From NCBI GenBank assembly GCA_965228855.1, contig CBDDIJ010000002.1, positions 896,001 through 960,000 on the forward strand: a stretch of DNA of 64,000 bases. Direction: 5' to 3'. The number at the start of each line of letters is the position of its first letter. Position 1 is the stretch's first letter. A program made the translations under genes and the position numbers. The notes below the pieces were generated by a model that was given only the letters and a program-made list of their open reading frames with translations, did no database searches and was not told the DNA's origin. Positions 1-11,324 of this stretch are shown in pieces. The DNA is from Candidatus Obscuribacterales bacterium (GTDB lineage Bacteria > Cyanobacteriota > Vampirovibrionia > Obscuribacterales > Obscuribacteraceae).

Positions 1-1492
1 TGATAAACCTCCGACACCGCCGGCGGAAGTGCAGGGGGCGGTGCCTCAAAATCCGGCTGACTGTGCGGCATCCAATGCGTATCTAGAGCTTTTGAACAAG
101 GCGTACGATTATATGTATGAGCCGGATCGGCTTGGGGATTACGATGCGCTCAAGTCGAAATACAATTGCCAGATCAAAACTGTGGACGACGCAGTTAAGT
201 ATGCTGGAGAAGCGCTTGCTATCACGAAAGATCCATACAATTCCGTGTTTGATAAGAAACAATCAGAAAGTCGAGGCGATGAGTCGCGTGGCGTTTGGAA
301 AGGGTTTGGTTTCAACTTCGCTTCAAAACAAGACGTAGAGAAGGCTGGCGCGGGTGCGTTCCCAAGCCCGCTGAAAGTGACCGGCGTGTTTGCCGGAAGT
401 CCGGTGGAGAAGCAGGGCATCAAACCGGGTGATTTCATCGTCGGAGTGAATCAGACCTCACTGAAAGGTAAGACGTTTGGTGAAGCTTACGCTCTCGTTA
501 AGGCAGATGGCGCCAAGGTCTTCACTATCGCGCGCGATGGAAAGGAATTCGATGTGCCGGTGACTCCGGGCGACATTCCAATTCCTGCAGTCACTGAAAA
601 GCGGCTTGACGACAACATCGCATATATAAACCTCAAGACTTTCGGGCAGGCCACAACGGCGGATCAACTTAAGAAAGCGGTTGAGAAGAACGTCAATGCT
701 GATGGATTTATCATCGATCTCAGGCACAATCCCGGTGGTTTCTTTGATGAAGCAATCAAAGCTGCGTCTTTGTTCGTAAAGGATGGAACGGTTGTGACTG
801 TTCGGGAGCGCATTCCTCCTGCACAAATTGCCGCGACGGGAAACGTGACGATTACATTGCCGCAAAACGTTGCGCCTGTTGATGCAATCTCGGTGCCTGG
901 CGCAACAACAGCCGTACCGCCGGTGCTCGAGCCTGAAAAACCTGTTGCGCCGGTTGAGCCGCGTTTCAACTATCAGCACACCAGCTACGATTTGACCTCG
1001 ACCGGTTTAAATAAGGTCATGACCAACGAGGGCACGCAAGAGAAGAACACCGAGGTCAAAAACCGCTTTCCTGATCTGGTTGATAAACCGACTGTGATTC
1101 TCGTCGATGCTGAGTCCGCCTCCTCGTCAGAGGTGTTCACCGGCGCGTTGAAAGATCACGGCGATGCGTATGTTGTTGGAACTCGCACATATGGCAAGGG
1201 AATCGGGCAGATGAATTTTTACGGAATGGCTGGTGGTAGTACTCTGCGGGTGACCAACTTTCATTACTTCAACCCGAGTGGGCACTGGCCAGGTGACGCT
1301 GCTAGCAATCGTATAGGCATAATGCCTGATCAACTCGTGCCCAGTCAGCCGGGCGTAGAGCGGGGATCCGAGCAAGACCTACAACTGCAGGCGGGGATTG
1401 CACAGATTAACAAGATGCTTGGGCGCGCACCGAAAGTGGTGGCACCGGCTGTTCCCGGAACTGTAGTTGCGCCGATTGAAAACCATCCGTGA
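1..1492 (+). CDS. S41 family C-terminal processing protease (PDZ + peptidase), 5' end probably outside the window
   Basis: PDZ-like GFGF...GIKPGD, IIDLRHNPGG, catalytic SASSSE and TYGKG motifs; frame is open from base 2. Confidence 0.9.
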   Translation, partial: DKPPTPPAEVQGAVPQNPADCAASNAYLELLNKAYDYMYEPDRLGDYDALKSKYNCQIKTVDDAVKYAGEALAITKDPYNSVFDKKQSESRGDESRGVWKGFGFNFASKQDVEKAGAGAFPSPLKVTGVFAGSPVEKQGIKPGDFIVGVNQTSLKGKTFGEAYALVKADGAKVFTIARDGKEFDVPVTPGDIPIPAVTEKRLDDNIAYINLKTFGQATTADQLKKAVEKNVNADGFIIDLRHNPGGFFDEAIKAASLFVKDGTVVTVRERIPPAQIAATGNVTITLPQNVAPVDAISVPGATTAVPPVLEPEKPVAPVEPRFNYQHTSYDLTSTGLNKVMTNEGTQEKNTEVKNRFPDLVDKPTVILVDAESASSSEVFTGALKDHGDAYVVGTRTYGKGIGQMNFYGMAGGSTLRVTNFHYFNPSGHWPGDAASNRIGIMPDQLVPSQPGVERGSEQDLQLQAGIAQINKMLGRAPKVVAPAVPGTVVAPIENHP

Positions 1493-1568
1493 TGGAGTAA
1501 AGTGGGATGAATATTCAATCTCGGCGTTGTCTTGAAAGTGTCTCGGGGCACGTTGCACGGGCGGTTCG

Positions 1569-2297
1569 TTAACCCGCCTTTTGGTCATTCGACTGTTCGC
1601 GCTTAATTCCAAAATCTTCTTGATTGAGAACTTTGCCGTTCCACTTATTGACGATATAAACGACTGTTCCTGGTTTTACGAACGAGTAGAGTTTCAGGAT
1701 GTCCTTGTTGGAATGTCGCACGCAGCCATGACTGACGTCTTTGCGAATTTTGTTTGGTGCGTTTGTTCCGTGCAGGACAATGGCGAACTTATCGAGGTTG
1801 ATCTTTGCTACGCCCAGTCCGTTTCTCTTATCCTCTTTGAAGGGTGGTACCGGTGTTTGATCAGGGTCGATTGATTTTGGTGGTATCCATTCGGGATCCA
1901 ATTCTTTGTTCGTAACCACGTATCTACCTGGTGGTGTCGGAGTAGCGTCCTTGCCAATCGCGTTCGATATTGTATAAACTCTGACGATCTCGTCGTCCTG
2001 AAGTTGCAGAACGTGGGTGTAGTGACTGTGTTTATCGACGACCACGACGACCGGCTCGTTTGAGTGATAGCCGTTCATTTTCATTTTAGGCTTTAAAACA
2101 TAATGACCGTTTATGAAAGGTGGAGGGCTCACCGCCTGTGGTGCCGTTGGTTTGGGTTTCGTCGATTGATTTGCGGCGGCAAGTTTCGGGTTCTGCGCTT
2201 GCGCTTGGTTCGCTTCGAATGGCGCCACCAAGGCTGCTGCGATAGTAACACTCAGGGTAAGAAAACTGGCCGTCGTGGCGCGATAGAAACTCTGCAT
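1569..2297 (-). CDS. L,D-transpeptidase (YkuD domain) with signal peptide
   Basis: TPPGRY, LHGT and SHGCVR motifs; hydrophobic N-terminus. Confidence 0.9.
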   Translation of the reverse strand: MQSFYRATTASFLTLSVTIAAALVAPFEANQAQAQNPKLAAANQSTKPKPTAPQAVSPPPFINGHYVLKPKMKMNGYHSNEPVVVVVDKHSHYTHVLQLQDDEIVRVYTISNAIGKDATPTPPGRYVVTNKELDPEWIPPKSIDPDQTPVPPFKEDKRNGLGVAKINLDKFAIVLHGTNAPNKIRKDVSHGCVRHSNKDILKLYSFVKPGTVVYIVNKWNGKVLNQEDFGIKREQSNDQKAG

Positions 2298-2300
2298 TGC

Positions 2301-2990
2301 TCACCTCGTTTTAAAGACCTCGTATGGGTCGAGAGCCGTGCCACGGAACACGCTGTCTTGTGGACCCAAGGTACTTATAGCAAAATGCAAATGAGGTGTG
2401 TTCGGAGGCGCGTTGCCGCTTGTGCCGACATAGCCAATAACCTGTCCCGCCTTGATTTCATCGCCTTGCTTGATGTCGTCTTCATAGCGTTCGAGGTGCG
2501 CGTAATAGTATACGTATTTGCCACTTTTATCCTTCTGGTAAATCGTCAAACCGCCGTTCTTGCTCTCGAACAGGCGCGCGATCGTCCCGTCTTCTACCGC
2601 ATGAATAGGCGTGTTTCGTGGCGCAACTAAATCGATAGCTTCGTGCATATGTCCGACGCGACCGAGATAGAAATTTCCTTTTACCTTCTCGATGTCTGCG
2701 CCATCGAGTGGAACGCGGAGATTCTTTCTTCGAAGTTCCGCGATGTGCGATTGCGTTTCCGCTGGTGTCATAACATCGGGTGCGACAGGAGGCATCTTGG
2801 ACGCTGTCTTGATGGGCCTTTCCGGCGCTAGGGGGACCTCGTTTTTGTTGTGCGCGACGGACTTCGCATCCGTTTTTATTTTCAACGGCGGGCCGCCATC
2901 GCCTGCGTCTGCCGAAGAAGCGCATGTGAGCAGCATTGAGGCAGCCAGGGACAGTTTCACAAATAGAGGAAAACGGGTAGCCTTTTTCAT
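2301..2990 (-). CDS. M23 family metallopeptidase with signal peptide
   Basis: HEAID, YYYAHL, IGYVGTSGNA and HLHF motifs; 3 bp from the L,D-transpeptidase gene. Confidence 0.9.
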   Translation of the reverse strand: MKKATRFPLFVKLSLAASMLLTCASSADAGDGGPPLKIKTDAKSVAHNKNEVPLAPERPIKTASKMPPVAPDVMTPAETQSHIAELRRKNLRVPLDGADIEKVKGNFYLGRVGHMHEAIDLVAPRNTPIHAVEDGTIARLFESKNGGLTIYQKDKSGKYVYYYAHLERYEDDIKQGDEIKAGQVIGYVGTSGNAPPNTPHLHFAISTLGPQDSVFRGTALDPYEVFKTR

Positions 2991-3104
2991 CTCACGCTCG
3001 TGGAAGAGTTACGCAAGACGAGACGGGGCAACCTGAATTTGGTTCCAAGAAACTTTTATATCGGCCGCTCTAAGAGTTCAAGTGACCCTGGAACATTGTT
3101 CCGA

Positions 3105-4196
3105 TTAGTGTGTAAGTAAAGCTGAAGCTCCGGGCGCCGCTCCCTGAGCGACTCGGCGATAGGTGGTTTTAAACCCTTCGTCTGCCGCATAGGCGAGAAC
3201 CTTTTCGATATCCTGTTCAATCACTGCGCCAGCCATCTGAGTGACTTCATCTTCCCACGGGATATCGAAATCGTTTGCTCCCCAGTTCAAAGCTTTGATG
3301 CCGTTTGCGTTTTGGGTTAAAACAGATGCGCGAATATGTTTCACATTGTCGAGGAAGATGCGGCAAAGGGCGATGTGGCGGAGGTATTCTTCGCGTGGAA
3401 TTTCGACTCCGCCGAATTCGTTGTTGTATGGTTTGTAAGTCCAGCAGAGGAAGCTGAATAGACCGCCGTTGGTTTCATCCTGGAAGTTGCGAACGGCATC
3501 CAGGTGATCGAGGCGTTCTTCAAGCGGCTCGTCAAAGCCGATTACCATAGTTGCGGTTGTGTTTAGACCTGCGTTGATAATGGCGCGCTGGGTATCGAAG
3601 TATTCTTTAACCGTGTATTTATGCGGGCTGTGACGCTTTCGGAATGGATCCGAGAGAATTTCGGCACCGCCCCCGGTGATCCAGCGAACGCCGGCGTCCT
3701 TTAAAACTTTGAGCGTTTCCTCGACGGGCATTTTGCAAAGTCTTGCAACGTAAAGTAGCTCTACTACTGTCATTGCGTAAAACTCGATTGAGTCGCCATA
3801 TCGTTGACGGATTGAACTGAACAGGTCGATGTAATAGTCGATTTTTAGTTTTGGATTGAAACCGCCATTGAAACCAAACAGGTCTCCGCCTTCTTTTACG
3901 AGCTCGTCGATCTTTTCGAAGACCCATTCTTTTGAGCGGACGTAACCGTCTTCGGCATTGGGCAAGCGGTAAAACGAACAGTAGTCACAAAGTGCGACGC
4001 AAATGTTCGTGTAGTTGATAATGCGCATCAACAGATATGTAGCGGTTTTCGGCTCGTGAAAGCGATCGCGCACAATGTTTGCCAGTCTAATCAAATCGTC
4101 GTCGGAAGCGTTTTGCCAGAGCCAGGCGGCGTCGTCGCGAGTGATTCTTTCTCCGCTTTCAACTTTCGTATTTATGTCGTTGATGGTGATTTGCAT
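3105..4196 (-). CDS. mqnC: Radical SAM enzyme, MqnC/CofH family (probable cyclic dehypoxanthine futalosine synthase)
   Basis: INYTNICVALCDYCSF CxxxCxxC motif, GGGAEIL, TTATMVIG, GANDF. Confidence 0.7.
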   Translation of the reverse strand: MQITINDINTKVESGERITRDDAAWLWQNASDDDLIRLANIVRDRFHEPKTATYLLMRIINYTNICVALCDYCSFYRLPNAEDGYVRSKEWVFEKIDELVKEGGDLFGFNGGFNPKLKIDYYIDLFSSIRQRYGDSIEFYAMTVVELLYVARLCKMPVEETLKVLKDAGVRWITGGGAEILSDPFRKRHSPHKYTVKEYFDTQRAIINAGLNTTATMVIGFDEPLEERLDHLDAVRNFQDETNGGLFSFLCWTYKPYNNEFGGVEIPREEYLRHIALCRIFLDNVKHIRASVLTQNANGIKALNWGANDFDIPWEDEVTQMAGAVIEQDIEKVLAYAADEGFKTTYRRVAQGAAPGASALLTH

Positions 4197-4642
4197 GGTG
4201 AGCCAATTTGAAGGTGTTCAATATTATAGCGATCGTTTTGTAAGAGAACGGTGATCGGTGATCGTTGAATGTTTCGGTTTGTGATGAAATAGCGTGTGAT
4301 TTCACCTGAAGTACCTAACATCTCGCAAACCTTGCGCGGGTGGGCTATCTTGACAATGGGGTTATCAGTAGACGGGCGCGAAAACCTTGATCCTGTGGCT
4401 GGTTATATTCATGTAGCCGTCTTAACAAGAAACTGTTTCGGTTCTTGAATCAAAAAATCTCAATATGCTAAATCGTAAAAGCTTGTTTTTTGTCCCTCTT
4501 CTCAGCAGATTTCGCGAAGTACCGCCCGGTTAATTAGCCTATACTTTAGCCCCGCGCTTCGCTAACTGCGAATTAGGACGGACCACCTGCTCGTGACGGG
4601 CGGTTTGTCCAGGTAGTCTTTGACACGAAAGGATCCATCGCT

Positions 4643-6235
4643 ATGACAGACAAAGCTAAGACGTACAACGGGATTGCGGTCCCGGCTGGCGAGAAAATTA
4701 CTTTCCAGAACGGGAAGCCGGTCACGCCTGACCGTCCCATCATTCCGTTCATCGAGGGCGACGGCATCGGAACCGACATCTGGCCGGCCTCCCGGAAGAT
4801 CATCGACGCTGCGGTACGTGGTGCTTACGGCGATACTCGCGCGATTGCATGGCTCGAAGTGCTCGCCGGCGACAAGGCAAAAGCCGCTTCCGGCGTGCCT
4901 CTGCCGCAGGATACGCTCGATGCTATCACCGAATTCGGCGTCGCAATCAAGGGGCCTCTCGGCACTCCGACCGGCGGCGGCATGCGCAGTTTGAACGTGA
5001 CCATGCGTCAGAAGTTCGACCTCTACCGCTGCGTTCGTCCGGTGCGATACTTCTCGTGTGTGCCATCGGTGGTGGTGCATCCAGAGAAGCTCGACGTCGT
5101 TATCTTCCGTGAGAACACCGAGGACGTATACGCCGGCATCGAGTACAAAGCTGACTCCACCGAAGCCACGCAGATCGTCGACCTTTTGGGCAAGTTCGGC
5201 GTCGATACGATCGAGGCGACGACCGGCATCGGCATCAAAATCATTTCGCGTCGCAAGTCGCGGCGCCTGGTCAAGGCTGCTATCGAGTATGCGCTCGAGT
5301 CCGGCCGAAAGACCGTCACCCTTGTCCACAAGGGCAACATCCAGAAGTTCACGGAGGGCGCCTTCCGCGACTGGGGTTATGAGCTGGCTCGCGAGGAATT
5401 CGCCGACAAGATCGTCACGGAAGACGAGCTCTGGTCGAAGCACAACGGCAAGCTGCCGGACGGCAAAATTCTGCTCAACGACCGCATCGCCGACGCCATG
5501 TTCTTCGAGGTGCTGACGAAGCCGAGCGAGTTCTCGGTGATCGCCACATGCAACCTTAACGGCGACTACCTGTCCGATGCCTGTGCCGCGCAGGTTGGTG
5601 GTCTCGGTATCGCCCCCGGTGCCAATATCGGCACCGACTGCGCCATCTTCGAAGCGACCCACGGCACCTGGCCCAAGGGTGCCGGCAAGAATCTCGCGAA
5701 CCCGAGCTCGCTCTTGCTTTCGGGCGTGATGATGCTCGAGTTCATGGGCTGGAAGGAAGCTGCCCAGCGTATCGTCACCGGCCTCGAAAAGACGATCGCG
5801 TCGAAGAACGTCACCGTCGACCTGCACACTCTGATGGAAGGCGCGACTCTTCTTTCGACGAGCGCATTCGCCGATGCCGTCATCGCGAACATGCCCGAAC
5901 CGGTTAAGGTCCAGGCGCCGGTCGCTGCAGTTGCGGCTTCGGCTCCGACTGACTCGACCGGCAAGGACACACCTGCGCAGAGCGTGGGCGTTGGTGACAA
6001 AAATTCGCCTGCGCACACCGTCACTGCCGGCTCGGAGGCGGTGGAACCGACCGCCGATGGTGGTGCTGCTAAAACGTCTGATGCTTCGACCACGCAAGTT
6101 GCGCCGGAAGCGAGCCCGAGCGCGCCTGCCGCAGGGAAGAGCGCTAGCGCCACCGCCGATGGTGGTGCTGCTAAAACGTCTGATGGTTCCAAGCCCGCTG
6201 CCAAGGCAGACGCTGGCGCCAAGGACGCAAAGTAA
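4643..6235 (+). CDS. icd: Isocitrate dehydrogenase (E. coli-type fold) with ~115-aa Ala/Thr/Pro-rich C-terminal tail
   Basis: [49 protein letters not shown]. Confidence 0.92.
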   Translation: MTDKAKTYNGIAVPAGEKITFQNGKPVTPDRPIIPFIEGDGIGTDIWPASRKIIDAAVRGAYGDTRAIAWLEVLAGDKAKAASGVPLPQDTLDAITEFGVAIKGPLGTPTGGGMRSLNVTMRQKFDLYRCVRPVRYFSCVPSVVVHPEKLDVVIFRENTEDVYAGIEYKADSTEATQIVDLLGKFGVDTIEATTGIGIKIISRRKSRRLVKAAIEYALESGRKTVTLVHKGNIQKFTEGAFRDWGYELAREEFADKIVTEDELWSKHNGKLPDGKILLNDRIADAMFFEVLTKPSEFSVIATCNLNGDYLSDACAAQVGGLGIAPGANIGTDCAIFEATHGTWPKGAGKNLANPSSLLLSGVMMLEFMGWKEAAQRIVTGLEKTIASKNVTVDLHTLMEGATLLSTSAFADAVIANMPEPVKVQAPVAAVAASAPTDSTGKDTPAQSVGVGDKNSPAHTVTAGSEAVEPTADGGAAKTSDASTTQVAPEASPSAPAAGKSASATADGGAAKTSDGSKPAAKADAGAKDAK

Positions 6236-6358
6236 GTTCCAGCGCATTCTTGCGCTGATGAGCTGAATTCAATTTCCGAATAACTATGAACCGCCCTGTT
6301 GCGATGCTGTTTAACGGCTCCAGCAGGGCGGTTTCGCATGTCCAGAAAGGAGGACAAG

Positions 6359-6931
6359 ATGAGCGATTCTTCGCAGAATCTGCTAGTGGATCGGCCTCTT
6401 CTCGTCCTTGATTTGGACGAGTGCCTGGTCTACTCTACGGAGAAGCCGCTGGACGGAGTCGATGCCGACTTCCGAGCGGCTGGTTACTACGTCCACAAGC
6501 GCCCGCATGTTGACGCGTTTCTCACGCGCATGTGGGCGGTGTACAACCTGGCTGTGTGGTCGAAGGGTGGTACTGATTACGTCGAGCCGACGGTTCGTGT
6601 CCTCATGGAACCGCATCCCAAGCCGCTGTTCGTGTGGAGCTTTCCGCGCTGCACGCGGCGCTGGGACAATTGGGATCACGAGGAGTACCACATCAAGGAC
6701 CTGAAGAAGGTTCGGAAGCAGGGGTTCTCCAAGGAGCGCATGTTGATCGTCGATGACACGGCGAGAAACGGCGAGCGCAACTTCGGAAACATCGTCACTG
6801 TCCGAGAGTTCACCGGGCAGCAGGATGATCAGGAACTTCTGCTTCTGGCGACTTATCTCGAGTCGCTGGCTTCTCATCCCAATTTCCGAACAATCGAGAA
6901 GAGGCATTGGCGCGACCAGGTTGCGTCCTGA
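6359..6931 (+). CDS. HAD phosphatase, NIF/FCP1-like
   Basis: LVLDLDECLV, KRPHVDAFL, KDL and IVDD motifs; AGGAGG Shine-Dalgarno before ATG 6359. Confidence 0.85.
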   Translation: MSDSSQNLLVDRPLLVLDLDECLVYSTEKPLDGVDADFRAAGYYVHKRPHVDAFLTRMWAVYNLAVWSKGGTDYVEPTVRVLMEPHPKPLFVWSFPRCTRRWDNWDHEEYHIKDLKKVRKQGFSKERMLIVDDTARNGERNFGNIVTVREFTGQQDDQELLLLATYLESLASHPNFRTIEKRHWRDQVAS

Positions 6932-6945
6932 CCTCGCGAAGCCGC

Positions 6946-6977
6946 AGACCATCGTGTATCGACACGGTGGTCTGCGC
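6946..6977 (+). terminator. Probable terminator hairpin after the icd-NIF genes
   Basis: gcagaccatcgtgt / acacggtggtctgc inverted repeat followed by pyrimidine-rich sequence. Confidence 0.6.
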
Positions 6978-7000
6978 GCTTTCGTCCTTCCCGTTTTTTG

Positions 7001-7152
7001 CTACTGTCTAGTGTAGTGGCGTGAGGTAGTGCTGCAATGCGTCAAAATCCGCGTAATGATGCGATGCCGCCGGATGTTGCGATGTCGCGGATGCTGTCCT
7101 GTCAACCAGGGAGCGACGATTTTGGCTGGATCCGTCATGCTCTCATTGACAG
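7001..7152. repeat. Dispersed element copy (degenerate CTACTgtc + 54-bp core at 7099-7152)
   Basis: Core ctgtcaacc...gatccgtcat...ttgacag aligns with the other copies and starts 98 bp after the arm motif. Confidence 0.55.
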
Positions 7153-7166
7153 GGCCCTTTTGGATC

Positions 7167-8630
7167 TCATTGGCGGAAGGGCTTTGGATTGTCGATGGCG
7201 GTTTTGTTCCTGAGGAATTGGATAGCAGCGTTTAGCTGTCCGTCTTGAGCGGTCCCGTAGTATTGAGGGGCGGGGTTGGGAACCAGCAGATCCGGTTTGA
7301 GCCCGATGCGATTGTGGTGTGCGTCACCAGGCCAGTTGCCTTTTGGCGTGAAGTAATGGAAAGTCGTCATTTTGATTGCGCCGCCTGATGACCAGTCCGA
7401 CATAATTGTTTGACCGATGCCCTTTCCGTAGGTCGGCGTACCGATAACGTACGCGCCATCAGTGTCTTTGAGAGCGCCCACTAAAATTTCCGCGGCCGAA
7501 GCCGTGCCCTGATCGGTAAGAACTACCACCGGCTTTTGCACCTGATCCTGGTGCCGAGCCATGTAGCTGGTGCTCGTTCCATCTTGAATTTTTTGAATGT
7601 CTGTTGGTGTGACGCGATAGGTCAAACTTTTGAACTGTGGATTGGCAGGGTCGGAACGCTCTCTCTGTCTGATTGTAAGAACGTCACCTTCCTTTATGAA
7701 AACAGATGCAGAGGTGAAGGCTTGGTCGAGCAGACCTCCGGAATTGTGCCTCAAATCCAGGATGTAGCCTTTGGCGTTGGGATGCGCTTTAACCTCGCGT
7801 TCAAGTTCTGCAGATGTGTCATCTTGCATGAATGTTCGCAAACGGATGTGGGCGAAGCTGTCGTTGTCTACCATCTGCGAAGTTGCGGCAGGCGCATCTT
7901 CATTGGTGCGCTTCAACCGCACGGTTTGTTCCTTTCCGTCGCGGCGAATCTGTACGTCGACTTCGGTGTTTTCCTTACCGTCGAAAAACTTCAACGCATC
8001 GCGCCATGACTTGCCTGCCATGCTCTGATGGTCGACGGCTAAAATTTCGTCACCCGGCTTCAGTTGTTCTGTTCGCCCGGGAGTTGCTTCGAATTCCTGA
8101 ACGACGAGCTTCGGAGGTTGGCTGCCGGCCTCCTCTGCCGGAGTGGGCATGCGAATGATCACTCCTGTTCCAACGTCATGACCTTTCTGCAACTCGATCA
8201 TTTTTTGAAACTGGTCCGGTGTAAGAATGGCTGTATATGGGTCGCTGTCTTCGTCGAAAACCTTTTTCGCGTAGTCGAAAGGCGATCCACCTTGCGCGAT
8301 CTGGCAGTTATACTTATTTTTCAGACTGTTCAAATCGCCCAGTGTGGACGGATCGTACATTTGCTGTGCAATACGGTCGATGTAGCTTTGATAGTCCGGT
8401 GAAGCGGGGCACGGTTTTTCTTCGCCTTGTGCACCTGATGCTGCGTCTTTATTCGCGCCGGGAGAAGATGATTGTTTAGGCGTGAAACGCTTCGACGAGT
8501 TGTCGTCGATCGGTTTTGGTCGTGTGTCGGAAAGGCTGATGTCGACCAGGTTTGCGCCGCTGAATGATTCACCGGCGTTAGATATGCGGCTGATTTGATC
8601 ATCGGAATGATCGAGCTTTGCGTTATTCAT
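7167..8630 (-). CDS. Second S41 family C-terminal processing protease
   Basis: ILDLRHNSGG, TASAAE, TYGKG; shares KYNCQI and WPGDA motifs with the 1-1492 paralog; start uncertain (8630 or 8672). Confidence 0.9.
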   Translation of the reverse strand: MNNAKLDHSDDQISRISNAGESFSGANLVDISLSDTRPKPIDDNSSKRFTPKQSSSPGANKDAASGAQGEEKPCPASPDYQSYIDRIAQQMYDPSTLGDLNSLKNKYNCQIAQGGSPFDYAKKVFDEDSDPYTAILTPDQFQKMIELQKGHDVGTGVIIRMPTPAEEAGSQPPKLVVQEFEATPGRTEQLKPGDEILAVDHQSMAGKSWRDALKFFDGKENTEVDVQIRRDGKEQTVRLKRTNEDAPAATSQMVDNDSFAHIRLRTFMQDDTSAELEREVKAHPNAKGYILDLRHNSGGLLDQAFTSASVFIKEGDVLTIRQRERSDPANPQFKSLTYRVTPTDIQKIQDGTSTSYMARHQDQVQKPVVVLTDQGTASAAEILVGALKDTDGAYVIGTPTYGKGIGQTIMSDWSSGGAIKMTTFHYFTPKGNWPGDAHHNRIGLKPDLLVPNPAPQYYGTAQDGQLNAAIQFLRNKTAIDNPKPFRQ

Positions 8631-9067
8631 GGGAGAGCGGCTTGCGGAGAGCGGAGATGGTTTGAGTGCCAAGGGATCAAATGGCTGTTTCGATAAACTA
8701 AGTTATGTTGCTGCGGTTCACAATGAGGAAAATACGCAAGATTCCTCAATGGTGGTCACGTTTCGGTCATTTACGCGGCTGCTGTGTGCGCAGATTCAAT
8801 ATGCTCATCCCGGGTATGGGGTCACACGAGTTCGCTAGCTTGAATCCGGTTAGGGTGCTCTCATGCGGCTATTTTGGGATTGTCAAGCCGAGTAAAAGCT
8901 CCCTCTGACGTGTTAGGCAATAGGTGTTCTTTATCGCGCTCTTTATCTCGGACAACCTCTTCTACACGCTTCTATAGACCTTTTGCGTTAGCCTTTCCCT
9001 CTCGGTGTACCGAGTGGAAAAGTCCGAGTTGAAGAGAAATCGAACTCAAATCTCCAAGGAGAATCCT

Positions 9068-9430
9068 ATGACAACGTCCACCAAGCCCAAGTTCGCGTGC
9101 CCGATCTGCGAAACCCGTTCCATCCTCGCTGACGCCATTTCGGCGGAGGTCAAGGCTGCCGCGCAGGTGTACCACCTCGCCAATCACTGGCGTGGAGCCC
9201 ACGAGACTCGCGAGCTGAGCAACTTCCAGGCGGAAGATCTGACCAAGGCCAGCCTGGACCAGTTCGACGCTGACACGGTCAAGGAAGCCGACTGGTATCA
9301 GCAGTATCTCGACGCGATCGAGGCGCTCAAGGCGGCTTCTCAGGTTTCCGCGCAGGCTCGCCAGCAGTACCATGCCCGTCTCAAGGTGCACACGGACACG
9401 CGCAAAGCCAAGGACTGCGGCTGTTCGTGA
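9068..9430 (+). CDS. Hypothetical protein with CPIC motif and C-terminal CGC
   Basis: AGGAG SD, strong codon bias, downstream hairpin. Confidence 0.7.
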   Translation: MTTSTKPKFACPICETRSILADAISAEVKAAAQVYHLANHWRGAHETRELSNFQAEDLTKASLDQFDADTVKEADWYQQYLDAIEALKAASQVSAQARQQYHARLKVHTDTRKAKDCGCS

Positions 9431-9689
9431 TGCTCGCCGATCGGTAACGACCAGGACTGAGGAACGGCGGCAGGCATGTCGCCGTTTCTCTAGTCGGACC
9501 TATCGAGCGCTTCCGGCGAGCGCAGTTTAAATTTCAAAATTCATTCGATGAAAAACCGTTCTCGCTAAGCTCTAAAGCCCCTCCGGCGAGCTGAGAACAA
9601 CGACAACCCTGGTCCGAGTGCGCTGCTGCCGCTCAGGCTGAAGAGAGAAGTGCTTTCGCCCCAGGCGCGCACTTCCGAGCGAGGCTCAC

Positions 9690-11324
9690 ATGAATGATTA
9701 TTCTTGGCTTCTTCCTGTCATGATCATTGGTCCGATGGTCATGGGTATGACGGCGCTCTTTGTTGGGCTGGCCATCTACAACCGCCGCGCCGCAAAGCGT
9801 GGCGAGACGCCTGGCGCTGTTTCCTACCAGGTTCCGTCTCAGAAGACTCCAGCGGCAGGTGGCGCATCTCCAATGAGCAAATCTGGTGCGGTTCTTGTCC
9901 CTGCCGGTTCCAGCAAAGTTCGATTCGCCGACGTTGCCGGCTGCGACGAGGCAAAGGCTGAGTTGCAGGAAATTGTGCAGTACCTTTCTGCCTCTGATGT
10001 GTTCGAGCGGCATGGCGCCAAGATTCCTAAGGGCGTTTTGCTGGTCGGACCTCCGGGTACGGGCAAAACCTTGATCGCCAAGGCGGTCGCGGGCGAATCG
10101 AACGCTGCCTTCCTTGCCATCTCCGGTCCGAATTTCGTCGAGATGTTCGTTGGTGTTGGCGCTGCGCGTGTTCGCGATTTGTTCGAGCAGGCGCGCAAGA
10201 ACTCACCTTGCATTATCTTTGTCGACGAGATCGACGCAGTCGGTCGCAGGAGGTCGAACGCGCCCAACAGCAACGATGAGCGCGAGAACACGCTCAATCA
10301 GTTTCTTGTCGAGATGGACGGCTTTGCTGAGATGAAGGGCGTTGTGGTCATCGCGGCTACCAACCGGCTCGACATCCTGGATCCGGCATTGATTCGACCC
10401 GGTCGCTTTGATCGCCGCGTCAACGTCGACCTTCCGGATGTGACCGGCCGATTGGCTCTCTTTGCTGTTCATACGCGCAATAAACCGCTTGATGCGTCCG
10501 TGAAATTCGAGCAACTCGCCAGGCTGACGCCCGGCTTCAGTGGCGCGGAAATCGAGGCGGTGTGCAACGAAGCGGCGACTCTTGCTGCTCGCCGTGCAAT
10601 TGCGTTGGCTGGTGCGAAGCCGAAGAAAACCATCGTCAATGCCGATGGAAAGGAAGAAGTCGTCATCGATGTATCTCCGCTAGTCGTGCCGGACTTTGAT
10701 GAAGGTCTTCTGCGAGTTCAGGTCGGCATCGCGCTCGACACCAAAAAGAAGGCGTTGACGCCCGAGCAGCTCTACAACACCGCAGTGCATGAACTCGGCC
10801 ACGGCTGGGTTTCCGAGGCGGTCGAGGGCGGGTTCCCAGTCAACCGAATCACGGTGCTCCCACGCGGCGGTTCGCTCGGTCATACTTCGGCGCTGCCGGA
10901 AACCGACGGCGGCAACATGACCGACAAGCAAATTCGGGCTCGCATCGCCGTTCTTGTCGCGGGGCGGATTGCGCAGGTCGAACTTCTTGGTATCGCCGAT
11001 AGTGGCGCGTCGGACGACTTCGATCGAATTGCGAAGTTGGCGCGTCAATACGTCGTCAATTTCGGCATGACGGAACTCGGACCAGTTGCCACCCTCGCGG
11101 CCGCCGCGGAAGGGCAATTCCCTCCCGCCGGTTCGGAACTGGCGAATGTTGTGGATGGCGAGTGCCGCAAGTTGATTGACGACTGCCGCAAGGTCGCGCT
11201 CGACGTGATCCGTGCTGATGCCGAGAAGATCAAGAAAATGGCGGCTATCCTCGTGGAGAAAGAGACTCTGCTCGAAGCCGAGTGGAAGTCGATTAAGGCC
11301 GAAGTGATGGCGGCTCAGGACTGA
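9690..11324 (+). CDS. ftsH: FtsH-like AAA+ zinc metalloprotease with a single N-terminal TM
   Basis: Walker [19 protein letters not shown], Walker [29 protein letters not shown]. Confidence 0.88.
   Translation: MNDYSWLLPVMIIGPMVMGMTALFVGLAIYNRRAAKRGETPGAVSYQVPSQKTPAAGGASPMSKSGAVLVPAGSSKVRFADVAGCDEAKAELQEIVQYLSASDVFERHGAKIPKGVLLVGPPGTGKTLIAKAVAGESNAAFLAISGPNFVEMFVGVGAARVRDLFEQARKNSPCIIFVDEIDAVGRRRSNAPNSNDERENTLNQFLVEMDGFAEMKGVVVIAATNRLDILDPALIRPGRFDRRVNVDLPDVTGRLALFAVHTRNKPLDASVKFEQLARLTPGFSGAEIEAVCNEAATLAARRAIALAGAKPKKTIVNADGKEEVVIDVSPLVVPDFDEGLLRVQVGIALDTKKKALTPEQLYNTAVHELGHGWVSEAVEGGFPVNRITVLPRGGSLGHTSALPETDGGNMTDKQIRARIAVLVAGRIAQVELLGIADSGASDDFDRIAKLARQYVVNFGMTELGPVATLAAAAEGQFPPAGSELANVVDGECRKLIDDCRKVALDVIRADAEKIKKMAAILVEKETLLEAEWKSIKAEVMAAQD

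Noticed and set aside
4562..6357. Long antisense ORFs (also 37528-39243, 41973-43202, 44009-45223, 51475-52674)
   Set aside because: Antisense shadows of GC3-rich genes with recognisable or better-supported products on the other strand
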